The notes beneath the pieces are model-generated. The model did not search any database. It was not told the DNA's origin and was given only the letters and a program-made list of their open reading frames with translations. Position numbers and translations under genes: made by a program. Positions 17,341 to 27,126 of a stretch of 62,475 nt of DNA are shown in pieces. This stretch comes from Patescibacteria group bacterium (GTDB taxonomy: Bacteria > Patescibacteriota > Microgenomatia > UBA1400 > PJMF01). Location: the NCBI GenBank assembly GCA_018830045.1, contig JAHJTF010000002.1, forward strand, positions 1 to 62,475, read 5' to 3'. Positions within the stretch are counted from its first letter, which is position 1. Each line of letters starts with the position of its first letter.

Positions 17341-17787
17341 ATGAGAAGCAAACATATGGAGTCCAATAAACAAAAACTCATAAGCCCAATCATCCAAATA
17401 AATTTCGGTGGATTGATTAACCTGCTTTCGGTTATATTTCTTCTTGTCGGAATATACTCCATGACTAGAGTCATCGTAAATCTAAAGTTTTTTGATAAAT
17501 ATCCTATGACTGGGGTTTTGTATTTTAATTTCTATGGCGTGAGTCCTTATTATCAAAAAGAGGAAGATTGCGTTTATCCAATAACATATATAGATGACAA
17601 AGGGACAGCGCGCAAACCATCCCAGGAGGAGCAAGATAGCGAGAAAAACAGTCAAGACAGATGCCTTAATGATGTTAAAAGCAATAGAGACAATGCCAAG
17701 GTTAATGATATTAATACATCAATTTTTTTCATATTTCTCGGGAGTGGTATTTTGATCACTAAGAAATTTCTCTATAAACATGAATAA
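17341..17787 (+). CDS. two-TM membrane protein, paralog A
   Basis: SD AGGAG lies 10 nt upstream of the ATG at 17341. About 45% identical by eye to the next ORF; shared blocks are GIY..TR..VNL.FF.KYP.TGVL, EDC.YP, C(L/I)N and INDI. Confidence 0.6.
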   Translation: MRSKHMESNKQKLISPIIQINFGGLINLLSVIFLLVGIYSMTRVIVNLKFFDKYPMTGVLYFNFYGVSPYYQKEEDCVYPITYIDDKGTARKPSQEEQDSEKNSQDRCLNDVKSNRDNAKVNDINTSIFFIFLGSGILITKKFLYKHE

Positions 17788-18169
17788 AACAAAAACAAAT
17801 TCTTTTATTACTCTAATTGGCTTTCTTCTTTTGCTCTTAGGAATTTATGCCACAACAAGAACTGGAGTTAATTTATTCTTCTTTAAGAAATACCCAACCA
17901 CTGGTGTTTTATCGATTAATTTAATGGGATTCCCTCCCTACTCTCAAAGAGATGAAGATTGTTTTTACCCACAGCTATACTTTGCTCAAGATGGAGAGTC
18001 AAGAGATCCCTCCGAAGCGGAAAAGAAATATGAGGAACAACTGCAACGGAGCTGTATTAATGGTATTCAGCAGTCGCGTGAGAGCACAAAAATAAATGAT
18101 ATTAGTGTTTCTTTACTCCTGCTCTTTTTGGGCACGGGAGTCCTGGCTTTTAAACGGTTTATTGTATAA
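17780..18169 (+). CDS. two-TM membrane protein, paralog B
   Basis: Its start overlaps the stop of paralog A (ATGAATAA), and it has the same architecture and conserved Cys pair. Confidence 0.6.
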   Translation: MNKTKTNSFITLIGFLLLLLGIYATTRTGVNLFFFKKYPTTGVLSINLMGFPPYSQRDEDCFYPQLYFAQDGESRDPSEAEKKYEEQLQRSCINGIQQSRESTKINDISVSLLLLFLGTGVLAFKRFIV

Positions 18170-18178
18170 AAACTTTCA

Positions 18179-18697
18179 TTAAAGTTCCAGCACCATCTCA
18201 ATTTCATCATCATACTGACTACCGTCTTTAGCAGCCTGTGGTTTTAATCCACATTGCTTGAATCCCAGGTAGTCGTAAAAACCGCGCGCGCGCGTATTTT
18301 TAGCCAAATATGAAATAAAAACGCGTTCAATGTGCAAAGTTTTGACTTTTTCTAAAACAAACCTAACTAATTTTTTAGCATAACCCTGGCCGCGATAGTC
18401 TGGAGTAAGATAGAGGTTGTAGAGAAAAGCGATGTGTTGTTGCTTAATTAAGTATGATTTGGAGATTTGGCAAAACCCAATCAATTTGTCATTGATAAAT
18501 AAACCATAATAACCCCAAACTGGAGGTTGTTGAGACAGACTTAGCTCATAAGCAAAAGAACCTTGGTCCTTGAGTTGTTCATAATCAAAAGTAGATAAAA
18601 ATGCTTCAGGATTGGTTTGTAGTGCCTGAAGTCTAATTTGACGATAAATTAAATCATCGCTTTTATCTAAACGTCGAATTAATACAGAGATTGTCAT
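18179..18697 (-). CDS. GNAT-family N-acetyltransferase
   Basis: Acetyl-CoA binding region LYLTPDYRGQGYAKKLVRFVLEKV. Confidence 0.8.
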   Translation of the reverse strand: MTISVLIRRLDKSDDLIYRQIRLQALQTNPEAFLSTFDYEQLKDQGSFAYELSLSQQPPVWGYYGLFINDKLIGFCQISKSYLIKQQHIAFLYNLYLTPDYRGQGYAKKLVRFVLEKVKTLHIERVFISYLAKNTRARGFYDYLGFKQCGLKPQAAKDGSQYDDEIEMVLEL

Positions 18698-19785
18698 CTG
18701 GTCAATTCTTTGGCTTGGCTATCAGTAATCAAAATAGTGTTTTCATATCTGTAACCAAATTTATTTTCCAAATAAATGCCTGGTTCTATAGTTACAACCA
18801 TGTTGGGGAGAACTTCTTGCTGGTTTTGCCAGTTTAAAGACAAGCTCTCATGGAGACTTATGCCTAGTCCGTGTCCGGTGGTGTGGATAAAGTTTTTGCC
18901 ATATCCAGCGTCAGTAATGATCTGGCGCGCAGTTTGATCTAGGCTTTGAGCTAAGATTGGTTGATTGGTTGTTTTTTTATTAAGTTTTTTTAAAGTAGCT
19001 TGATAAGCTTGTTTGACAACTTGTTCAATTTTCAAAAATTCAGGATTTGGCTTGTCACCAAACCAAATAGTTCGGGTCATGTCACTGCAGTAGTTACAAA
19101 CTGTCGCCCCAAAATCTATTAAAACCACTGTCTCGGGTGTTAATTTAGCATCAGTAGGTTGGTGATGGGGTAGGGCAGAATTGGCTCCAAATGCCACAAT
19201 GGGAGGAAAGGCCACTCGCTCTGAGCCAGCTTGTTTGAGTTTGGCTTCAACTAAATCTCTAAGTTGTTTTTCAGTTATGTTGATTTTAAGTTTTGCCCAA
19301 ATGTCATGCATAACCAGTGACGCAAGTTTTGCAGCTTTTTTCAAAGACGAGAGCTCAGTTTGATCTTTAATCATCCGTAATTTCCAGATTAATTGACGAT
19401 CTAGAGCTGAAAATTTTAAAAAGGGTAATTCTTTAATGGCTTCATATTCATTGACAAAGAGGCTAGTTTTATCAATTAAGAGCCAGGTAATGCTTTCTTG
19501 CTGATAAAGTTGTTGTAGTTGCTGTTTGAGTTTGTCTAATGAGCAACTTTTAATTGGAGTAATGATGTTTATTGATTGATATGGAGAAAAGCTAGCGTGA
19601 AGCAAAAAAACCGATTTTTTAGTGATGATCAAAAAAGCTTCTCTTTCTTCTGGTACTAAAAAATTAAAACCACTTAAATAAAACACATCATGGGGTGTAG
19701 AAAGAAGTAGAGCTTGATTGTCTTTGAGAACACGACGTAATTTATCTAGTCTAGATTTAATGGAATTAGCCGGTTTTTTACTCAT
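18694..19785 (-). CDS. pepP: Xaa-Pro aminopeptidase (M24B)
   Basis: Pita-bread fold motifs: DFGATVCNYCSDMTRT, HTTGHGLGISLHE and VTIEPGIY. Confidence 0.85.
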   Translation of the reverse strand: MSKKPANSIKSRLDKLRRVLKDNQALLLSTPHDVFYLSGFNFLVPEEREAFLIITKKSVFLLHASFSPYQSINIITPIKSCSLDKLKQQLQQLYQQESITWLLIDKTSLFVNEYEAIKELPFLKFSALDRQLIWKLRMIKDQTELSSLKKAAKLASLVMHDIWAKLKINITEKQLRDLVEAKLKQAGSERVAFPPIVAFGANSALPHHQPTDAKLTPETVVLIDFGATVCNYCSDMTRTIWFGDKPNPEFLKIEQVVKQAYQATLKKLNKKTTNQPILAQSLDQTARQIITDAGYGKNFIHTTGHGLGISLHESLSLNWQNQQEVLPNMVVTIEPGIYLENKFGYRYENTILITDSQAKELTR

Positions 19786-20476
19786 TGCCTTGAAGTGTTT
19801 CTAGAGGGGCCAAGGTTCTGATGATAGAGGCCGCTTTACCCTCATCATTTTCGTAACCTACTATCAGCACTTGCAGATCTTTAATAAATTTACTGTTTTT
19901 AACAATTTTACCATCATGATCTTGATATTGAGTTTTTATATTAAGATCAAAACTGACGTCCTCATTTTGACGCGACAACAGGGTTAATTTATTCTTAGTT
20001 TGATCAACAATTGTACCCAGCATCACAACATGATTTTTAGGCAGAAGAGTAGCCGAAGAAACCAAAATTCTCTTGGGCGTAAAAGCATCATCTACAATTA
20101 ATCCCATGATTACTAGCCAATCGCCAATAGCTAAATCATCAATAGAGATTTCTTTATTGGCTTTAAGCAAGGTTACTTGATTATCAATGGGAATAATTTC
20201 TGTGCCCTTGCTATTAGTTATGGTTAAACTTTCTGCGGTGACTCGTTCAATCTGACCGATAAAACCACGTTTGCGTTGTGATAGTTCTCCCAACACTTTT
20301 TTTACATTAGGATTGTTGGCTGTTTTTTGAAGCAATTTTTTAATATTCTCGGTTTTGGTTTGATCAAAAATAGAAGAAGATGAATCAGTTGCTTCTTGAG
20401 CAGTGACTGCTATTGGCATTGCGAGTAATAAACTGAGAAGGCTAAGTACAAGAAGAAACTGTTTTGTTATTTGCAT
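19778..20476 (-). CDS. hypothetical secreted protein
   Basis: N-terminal signal peptide (LLVLSLLSLLLAMPIAVTAQE). Its stop abuts the upstream gene. Confidence 0.55.
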   Translation of the reverse strand: MQITKQFLLVLSLLSLLLAMPIAVTAQEATDSSSSIFDQTKTENIKKLLQKTANNPNVKKVLGELSQRKRGFIGQIERVTAESLTITNSKGTEIIPIDNQVTLLKANKEISIDDLAIGDWLVIMGLIVDDAFTPKRILVSSATLLPKNHVVMLGTIVDQTKNKLTLLSRQNEDVSFDLNIKTQYQDHDGKIVKNSKFIKDLQVLIVGYENDEGKAASIIRTLAPLETLQGNE

Positions 20477-20916
20477 TATTTTGTTTCTTCCACCAATGGT
20501 TTGGTGGTGTAGATGACCGTTCTTTTTGCTATCGCCGTTTGGCCATCTTCATCTAAAGCGTAAACTTCAATAATATTGCTTCCGAGCTCAAGTTCGCTCT
20601 CAACGGAAAAGCGACCCGCTTCGTCAGTCATGGTGATGTTTTCTTCATCTTTAATAAAGATGACCACATAAGATTTGGGATTAGTGGTCCCAGCGATGGT
20701 CACAGTTGGTTCATCGACTACACTTTCGTCTTCTGGACTATGAAGAACAAGGATGCCATTTACAACTGCGCTCGAGTCGGGAGAAGGGTTGACTCCGAGT
20801 TCTTCCGATGATTGATTAGGCTTATTTAAAGAGCTTTGAGCCGTATAAACCCCATACACAATTATCAAGCCAAAAACTAATCCAACTAGTACTGAGATGA
20901 TCATTTCTTTTTTCAT
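20476..20916 (-). CDS. hypothetical membrane-anchored protein with Ig-like beta-rich ectodomain
   Basis: N-terminal TM anchor followed by a beta-strand-rich segment (TVTIAGTTNPKSYVVIF...NIIEVYALDEDG). Confidence 0.55.
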   Translation of the reverse strand: MKKEMIISVLVGLVFGLIIVYGVYTAQSSLNKPNQSSEELGVNPSPDSSAVVNGILVLHSPEDESVVDEPTVTIAGTTNPKSYVVIFIKDEENITMTDEAGRFSVESELELGSNIIEVYALDEDGQTAIAKRTVIYTTKPLVEETK

Positions 20917-20941
20917 CAGAGTATCTTATTATACCTTACAT

Positions 20942-21601
20942 ATGATTATCACCTACCACGGACATTCAAGCTTCAAGTTAAAAGGAAAAGCTGGGACTGT
21001 GATCACAGATCCATTTCATCATTATGTGGGTTTTGAATTTTCCAGTGTCAGTGCAGATATCGTGACAGTTTCTCATACCCATCAAGATCATAGCCAAGTT
21101 AGTTCTGTTAGTGGCACTGCGCGCAGAAAAAATCCCTTCATTATTGATACTCCAGGAGAATATGAAGTAGGGGGGGTTTCAGTTTTTGGAGTTAAAACTT
21201 ATCACGATGAAAACCAGGGGGTTGAACGTGGGCCAAACACAGTTTTTACCATCCTGCTAGATGATATGAGAGTTTGCCATTTGGGAGATCTGGGCCATGA
21301 GCTTACCGCAGAACAAGTAACTAAGATCGGCATGGTGGATATTTTATTGTGTCCAGTGGGTGGGGTTTTTACTATAGATCCTAAAACAGCGGTTAAAGTA
21401 ATTAAGACTTTAGAGCCTAGTATAGTTATTCCAATGCATTTTAAAACTCCATCTCACGACGCAAATGTTTTTGGGGAAATGGCTACGGTAGAAGAGTTTT
21501 TGAAAGAATACGGCGTTGAGGTCCAAGCTGAAGAAAAACTTATCATTGATCGTAATAGACTGCCGGAAGAAACAGAGGCAGTGGTACTAAGGCGTGGATA
21601 A
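20942..21601 (+). CDS. metallo-beta-lactamase fold hydrolase (UPF0173-like)
   Basis: MIITYHGHSSFKL and SHTHQDHS motifs. Start trimmed to 20942. Confidence 0.8.
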   Translation: MIITYHGHSSFKLKGKAGTVITDPFHHYVGFEFSSVSADIVTVSHTHQDHSQVSSVSGTARRKNPFIIDTPGEYEVGGVSVFGVKTYHDENQGVERGPNTVFTILLDDMRVCHLGDLGHELTAEQVTKIGMVDILLCPVGGVFTIDPKTAVKVIKTLEPSIVIPMHFKTPSHDANVFGEMATVEEFLKEYGVEVQAEEKLIIDRNRLPEETEAVVLRRG

Positions 21602-21656
21602 GGTATACTGTTGACACTTTAATCATAAGTATTAGTCAATCCTGCTCACAACATAC

Positions 21657-22976
21657 ATGGCTGACAAACGAGTTCCTCCTCACGATCTTGATGCTGAAGA
21701 GTCAGTTTTAGGCTCGATTCTCATCGACCCCGAAGCCATTATCAGAGTGGGCGAACTACTCCGACCAGAAAGTTTTTATGATTCTTCACATCAAGCCATC
21801 TACGAGGCGATGGAGATTTTGTATGAAAATCGTCAGCCGATTGATGCGGTAACTTTAACCAGCCAACTTAAGAAGATGAAACAACTTAAGGCTGTGGGCG
21901 GTGCGGCTAGGATTGCTGAGCTGTCCAATATAGTTTCTACAGCCGCCAATGTAGTCAATTACGCTCAGCTAATTGTGGAAACTTTTGTGAAGCGACGTAT
22001 TATCTCTTTGTCTGGAGAGCTGGCTGAAAAAGCTTTTGATCCCGGAACAGAGATGATGGATCTGCTGGATATGGCTGAGCAGAAGGTATTTAAAGTATCT
22101 CAAACTAGAACGGACAAAGCCTTTACCCCGCTGAAAGATACTTTGGTGGAAAGTTTTGAGCGCTTAGATGAACTCCAGAGGTCAGGAGATGATCTGCGTG
22201 GGTTGCCGACTGGGTTTGTAGATCTGGACCGGATGCTGGCAGGACTCCAGCGGTCTAACCTAATTATTTTAGCGGCTCGCCCGGGGATGGGAAAAACAGC
22301 GTTGGCATTAAACATTGCTCAGTATGTGGCTGTGAGTGCGGGGAAGAAAGTCGGCTTTTTTTCTTTAGAAATGAGCAAGGAGGAGCTAGTAGATCGGTTG
22401 TTGGTTTCTCAAGCTGATATTGATGCTTGGCGGCTCAAAACTGGCCGATTAGATCAACAAGATTTTTTAAAGCTGTCAGACGCAATGGGCGTGTTGGCAG
22501 ATGCGCCGTTGTTTATTGATGATACTCCTGGTATGTCGATTTATGAAATGCGAACCAAAGCTAGGCGTATAGCCTCAGAGCAAAATATTGATTTAATAGT
22601 GATGGATTATATTCAGTTAGCTCATGGCCGCAATCAGGACAATCGGGTTTTAGAGATTGGTGAGGTTTCGCAGGGATTGAAAAATATTGCGCGTGAGCTG
22701 AAGATTCCTGTATTGGCTTTGTCGCAGTTAAATCGAGCGGTTGAGAGTCGGGGAGACAAAGCACCACAACTATCTGATTTAAGAGAGAGCGGCAATTTGG
22801 AGCAAGATTCGGACGTGGTGATGTTTTTGTATCGAGCAGACGAAGATGTGCGAGAAACGATGAAGTTAAAAATAGCCAAACATCGTAATGGGCCTCTAGG
22901 CACAATTGATCTTTTCTTTAGAGGGGATCGGATTAAGTTTTTTGATATGGAGTCCAGGCCTTCAACTGGGATTTAG
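21657..22976 (+). CDS. dnaB: replicative DNA helicase
   Basis: PPHDLDAEESVLGSIL N-terminus, Walker A ARPGMGKTA, and LSQLNR / LRESGNLEQDSD motifs. Confidence 0.95.
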   Translation: MADKRVPPHDLDAEESVLGSILIDPEAIIRVGELLRPESFYDSSHQAIYEAMEILYENRQPIDAVTLTSQLKKMKQLKAVGGAARIAELSNIVSTAANVVNYAQLIVETFVKRRIISLSGELAEKAFDPGTEMMDLLDMAEQKVFKVSQTRTDKAFTPLKDTLVESFERLDELQRSGDDLRGLPTGFVDLDRMLAGLQRSNLIILAARPGMGKTALALNIAQYVAVSAGKKVGFFSLEMSKEELVDRLLVSQADIDAWRLKTGRLDQQDFLKLSDAMGVLADAPLFIDDTPGMSIYEMRTKARRIASEQNIDLIVMDYIQLAHGRNQDNRVLEIGEVSQGLKNIARELKIPVLALSQLNRAVESRGDKAPQLSDLRESGNLEQDSDVVMFLYRADEDVRETMKLKIAKHRNGPLGTIDLFFRGDRIKFFDMESRPSTGI

Positions 22977-22998
22977 GAATTTTTCTAATTTTAATTTT

Positions 22999-23232
22999 CT
23001 AACTCGGTGCCTGGCCAAACAAAAAATACAACAATCCCAATAATAGAAAAATAAACATTAAGAAAAATCCCAGGGTAGATTTAAGACTTTTAAAGGCTTT
23101 TTCCGGATGAGAGGAATCAGTTTTTATAATAATGATGATGGCAATGGAGAACCAGATGGTAGCTTTAATTATCAGCCACCAAATATTGCTAATATCGAAA
23201 ATTGAGTGAATAATCGCTTGCATTGATGGCAT
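22999..23232 (-). CDS. hypothetical small membrane protein
   Basis: 77-aa ORF with two hydrophobic helices. There is no other support. Confidence 0.4.
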   Translation of the reverse strand: MPSMQAIIHSIFDISNIWWLIIKATIWFSIAIIIIIKTDSSHPEKAFKSLKSTLGFFLMFIFLLLGLLYFLFGQAPS

Positions 23233-23295
23233 AATATCATCTCATGATGAATGATTTAGGATATAATATCAAGTAGAAATCTGAAATTGTGAAAA

Positions 23296-23379
23296 GCCGT
23301 GGTGGCGGAATTGGTAGACGCGTAGGTCTCAAAAACCTATGAGGGCAACCTCGTGAGAGTTCGATTCTCTCCCACGGCA
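23296..23379 (+). tRNA. tRNA-Leu (anticodon CAA)
   Basis: Acceptor GCCGTGG/CCACGGC, anticodon stem TAGGT/ACCTA with loop CTCAAAA, a long variable arm (GAGG-GCAA-CCTC), and T arm GAGAG-TTCGATT-CTCTC. Confidence 0.9.
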
Positions 23380-23411
23380 CATTTATTTACCCCGTTCCAA
23401 AACGGTCACCT

Positions 23412-23858
23412 TTACTTTAATAACCAGATTAAACCCACAGCGATTATTTGTGGTGTTAGTCCAACTACTTTATTAACCACAGAATGATGAAACCAGCTAT
23501 GAAATTCATTAATTTGTTTCAAAAAACAAGGCTCCCATTTTAAGAAATTGCGCGGAGCTTCTAAAAAGTCTGGCACAAGTCCAGTAAAAGCTCCTGTCCA
23601 GATATGATATTGAATTTTTGTTTGATCAGCTTGCCAGAGAAAATAGATTAAAACTATGGTTGCGGCTAGATCTAATAATTCTAACAAAAAGGCCGCTATT
23701 CTTGTTCGCATACCATTGTTTAAGCCGGTTGCTACATCCCAATGGGGGATCCAATCTTCTAGATAATGAGTGGCTAAAGTAAGGGGAATATATAATGCGG
23801 GATGGGGTAATTTACTGGCAATAAATGCTCCGGTTAAGGCATGAGATATCGATAACAT
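23412..23858 (-). CDS. membrane-bound metal-dependent hydrolase-like protein (YdjM/DUF457-like)
   Basis: MLSISHALTG N-terminus and HYLEDWIPHWD. Start trimmed to avoid overlap with lgt. Confidence 0.5.
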   Translation of the reverse strand: MLSISHALTGAFIASKLPHPALYIPLTLATHYLEDWIPHWDVATGLNNGMRTRIAAFLLELLDLAATIVLIYFLWQADQTKIQYHIWTGAFTGLVPDFLEAPRNFLKWEPCFLKQINEFHSWFHHSVVNKVVGLTPQIIAVGLIWLLK

Positions 23859-23883
23859 AGGAGTATAGTATACAATAAACAGC

Positions 23884-24678
23884 ATGTATCCAACGTTACT
23901 CCAGTTCGGTTCAATAGCAATTAGTACCAAGAGTGTTTTTGTTGTACTGGCTTTTCTCGTCACTGCTTTTGTATTCTGGCGCAAAACTCGTGAAGAGCAT
24001 TATCTTCAAGATCAAGCTTTTGACGCTTTTTTATTAACAAGCATGGTTGGTTTGGTGATGGGCCGGGTTGGTTTTGTGATCCAACATTTATCTGAGTTTG
24101 GTTTTAATCTTTGGCATTGGCTGGATGTGGTTAACCATCCGGGCAGTTCGATTTCTATAGGCTTATTGGGTGCTTCTTTGTATTTGTATCGATACGCTGG
24201 TAAACAAAAATGGGATCAGTTTGAAGTCCTAGATTATTGGTTTTTAGCCGTGGCCGCTGGGATGGTTTTAAGACAAATTGGTAACTTTTTTGCAGGTGTT
24301 GGTTTTGGTTACCAAACTAATTTACCTTGGGGGATGGTCTTTCCTGGAGTATTTACTAAATATCACCCGGTACAGCTTTATTCCACCTTATTCTTTCTGG
24401 CTCTTTATATTTATCTTTCTTGGGCGGAGTATAACTACCGGACTTTTGTTTGGTATAAGGCGGGTAAAAAGACGGCACAAACCGGTTTTTTAAGCTGTGT
24501 ATTTATGATCGCCGTGGGTGGTTTCATGAGCTTAATGCAGTTCATTAAGCCTCCTCAATTAGTTTGGAAAGGGATCAATTTTGATTTACTACTATATTTA
24601 CTTCTGTTAGTAGGAGGGGGAATTATCGTTTATCTAAAGTCTGGCCGATCATTTAAGTTATTTGGGAAGAATAATTAA
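23884..24678 (+). CDS. lgt: prolipoprotein diacylglyceryl transferase
   Basis: Polytopic membrane protein with Lgt-like motifs (GRVGF, NFFAG..FGY.T.LPWGM.F, HPVQLY). It sits immediately upstream of lspA. Confidence 0.75.
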   Translation: MYPTLLQFGSIAISTKSVFVVLAFLVTAFVFWRKTREEHYLQDQAFDAFLLTSMVGLVMGRVGFVIQHLSEFGFNLWHWLDVVNHPGSSISIGLLGASLYLYRYAGKQKWDQFEVLDYWFLAVAAGMVLRQIGNFFAGVGFGYQTNLPWGMVFPGVFTKYHPVQLYSTLFFLALYIYLSWAEYNYRTFVWYKAGKKTAQTGFLSCVFMIAVGGFMSLMQFIKPPQLVWKGINFDLLLYLLLLVGGGIIVYLKSGRSFKLFGKNN

Positions 24679-24679
24679 G

Positions 24680-25081
24680 ATGTTTTGGTTAGTATTTCTA
24701 CTGACTTTTCTGGTAGATCAATTCACTAAGCTGATTGCTCCTTTATATTTTAAAATTACCCTCAATTATGGAGTATCTTTGGGATGGTTTAGTCAAATCC
24801 CAACTGGAGTAATCACGCTGGCTTTGCTAGGGCTTGCGGTAGGATTAGCCTATATGTTTCGTCGGGAATGGCACCGTTATCCTGTAATTAGCGGGTTATT
24901 CTGGGCTGGATTAATTTCTAATCTATTAGACCGAATTTTATTTGGGGGAGTGACTGATTGGTTGCAGTTACCAATGACGCAAGTAAGTAATAATCTGGCT
25001 GATATGGCGATGAGCTTAGCCCTGCTACTATTATTAGTTAACGAAATCCAAAGGCATTATGGACATTCCAATTATTCATGA
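24680..25081 (+). CDS. lspA: lipoprotein signal peptidase (signal peptidase II)
   Basis: DQFTKL, NYGVSLG, and GGVTDW..NLADM motifs with the catalytic Asp residues. Confidence 0.8.
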   Translation: MFWLVFLLTFLVDQFTKLIAPLYFKITLNYGVSLGWFSQIPTGVITLALLGLAVGLAYMFRREWHRYPVISGLFWAGLISNLLDRILFGGVTDWLQLPMTQVSNNLADMAMSLALLLLLVNEIQRHYGHSNYS

Positions 25082-25868
25082 AGATCAGGACATCTTAGTT
25101 GTTGATAAACCTGCTGGAGTGGTGGTAAATAAAGCAGAGACTCTTCAAGAGTTAGCTCTGCAAGATTGGCTGGAGGAAAAAGCAAAAGATTTCCAGCAGG
25201 TAAATTGGGCTGAGTTGGTGCCTGATGATTTTGATGATAGTTTTGGAACTCCAGAAGAAATTTTTGTGCAACGACAGGGATTGGTGCATCGTTTAGACAA
25301 AAACACTAGTGGAGTACTAGTAATGGCTAAAAACCCCGGGTCTTTAGTAAATTTACTATCTCAGTTTAAAAATAGGCAAGTGAAAAAAAGATATGTGTGT
25401 CTTACACATGGCAAGTTTCGCGTCCCAACCGGCACAATTAGCGCGCCACTAGGCAGAATGAGTACTGATCGACATAAATTTGCAGTAGTGCCTCAGGGCC
25501 GAGATGCAGTTACCTTGTATAAAGTCAAAGATTTTTATGTGGGATTAAATGAGCAGGGGCAAGAAAAGCTTGGGAAAATGGTAAAAAAGATCTCTCTTTA
25601 CCAAGGTTTTTCTTTAGTTGAGTGTTGGCCACAAACGGGTCGTACACACCAAATTAGGGTTCATATGAAGCACTGGAAGCATCCTTTGGTGGGTGATATT
25701 AAGTATGTGGGGAAAAAGAGGGCTAAGCTTGATGTGTTATGGTGTCCGCGGCAGTTTTTGCATGCGGCAGAGTTAAAATTTTTTCATCCGCGAAGTGGGA
25801 AAAAAGTGAGCCTTACGGCTAATTTAGCCAAAGATTTGTCAGAAGTGTTAACTTTGCTCCAAGCTTAA
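25059..25868 (+). CDS. RluA-family pseudouridine synthase (no S4 domain)
   Basis: HRLDKNTSGVLV catalytic motif and GRTHQIRVH. It starts directly with the catalytic domain. Confidence 0.85.
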   Translation: MDIPIIHEDQDILVVDKPAGVVVNKAETLQELALQDWLEEKAKDFQQVNWAELVPDDFDDSFGTPEEIFVQRQGLVHRLDKNTSGVLVMAKNPGSLVNLLSQFKNRQVKKRYVCLTHGKFRVPTGTISAPLGRMSTDRHKFAVVPQGRDAVTLYKVKDFYVGLNEQGQEKLGKMVKKISLYQGFSLVECWPQTGRTHQIRVHMKHWKHPLVGDIKYVGKKRAKLDVLWCPRQFLHAAELKFFHPRSGKKVSLTANLAKDLSEVLTLLQA

Positions 25869-25927
25869 TTTTATCGCACTTAATTTTATTGCAGTAGCAA
25901 CTAATGGAAATGGAGTAAAATAACATT

Positions 25928-26500
25928 ATGTCTCACATATCTTTTTATCCTCTAACTTGGGAACAATTTCACAACGATTGTTTCCAATTAGCCAAGAAAG
26001 TTGCTCAAGCAGGGAATAAGTTTGATCGAATCGTGTGTATTGATCGCGGCGGGGCAGTAGTGGCGAGATTTTTATCTGACTTTTTAGACCTCAAAGTCTC
26101 TAGTTTTGTGATGGTAGCTTATAAAGAAGTAGGTAAAATTAGCCAGCCCAAAATTATGGAAGAGCTAAAAACTGATATTAAAGATGAAAAAATTTTATTA
26201 GTCGATGAAATTATTGATAGCGGTAGTTCTTTTGAAATCGCTACTAGGTATTTACAAAAATTTCAGCCTAGAAAAATTACAACTTTGGCACCTTATATAA
26301 AACCAGTAAGTAGATTTAAGCCTGATTTTTGGCAGGTTAGTACCGCCAAATGGGTCGTGTTTCCTTATGAAGTGAGAGAAACGATTGGAGACGTGAGTAA
26401 AATTTTGCAAAAACAGGAGAAAAGTGAAAACGAGATAAAAAAACAATTAGTAAAGTTTGGTTTTAGCGAAGAGCAACTGGGCTATTTTTTTAAATCTTGA
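25928..26500 (+). CDS. purine phosphoribosyltransferase-like protein
   Basis: PRPP-binding loop ILLVDEIIDSGSS. Confidence 0.75.
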   Translation: MSHISFYPLTWEQFHNDCFQLAKKVAQAGNKFDRIVCIDRGGAVVARFLSDFLDLKVSSFVMVAYKEVGKISQPKIMEELKTDIKDEKILLVDEIIDSGSSFEIATRYLQKFQPRKITTLAPYIKPVSRFKPDFWQVSTAKWVVFPYEVRETIGDVSKILQKQEKSENEIKKQLVKFGFSEEQLGYFFKS

Positions 26501-27105
26501 TAAAATTTTTCTCGTTTTTTGATCAGCTCTTGGGCAATTTTTTTAGCTTGGTCGTGAGTGAATCGCGGCAGTCGTTTTTGATAAATACTAGTTCTCATAA
26601 AATGTTCATTTTCCAGCAAAGAAAGCGTTGGAGGGACGAGCTCGACATCCAGCATTCCCAACGCATCGCACTCCATCAATAGTAATTCATCTTCGTCTTG
26701 AAGCTTATTAATGAAGTCATGGACAGAAACAAGATGAGCCAAACGCAGCACTTCAGCTTGTGCAAAATAACCAGAGAGACGTTGATAAATTAGTCGTTCA
26801 ATCATCTCTACACTTTTTTTCATATGTAGATCTTTTTGAGAGCGAGCTTGGTCGATAGAGATGGGTGTTTTTTGGCTGAATAAATTAGCATAACCCCAAT
26901 CGTGAGCATAAGCAGCTGTGAGTAAAATTTTAGGATTTAGCAGCTTAGGGTGATTAATTTTTTTTAACAAATATTTCATCCAATAAACCACTGCCTCAGT
27001 ATGAGGTTTGTCCCAGCGCGGCCGGCCTTTATTGGCTAAATCTTTGAGAATGATCTGGCGTAGAACTCGTTCGATGTAGGGATGAATGAGTTGAGTGTCC
27101 TTCAT
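26482..27105 (-). CDS. HD-domain phosphohydrolase-like protein
   Basis: An H...HD pattern (HTEAVV...AYAHDWGY). Confidence 0.6.
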   Translation of the reverse strand: MKDTQLIHPYIERVLRQIILKDLANKGRPRWDKPHTEAVVYWMKYLLKKINHPKLLNPKILLTAAYAHDWGYANLFSQKTPISIDQARSQKDLHMKKSVEMIERLIYQRLSGYFAQAEVLRLAHLVSVHDFINKLQDEDELLLMECDALGMLDVELVPPTLSLLENEHFMRTSIYQKRLPRFTHDQAKKIAQELIKKREKFYQDLKK

Positions 27106-27126
27106 TATTGATAGTATACTGGACTA

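Noticed and set aside
17214-17474. 86-aa minus-strand ORF
   Set aside because: It overlaps tRNA-Ala(CGC) and the 5' end of the paralog A gene, so it is a shadow ORF.
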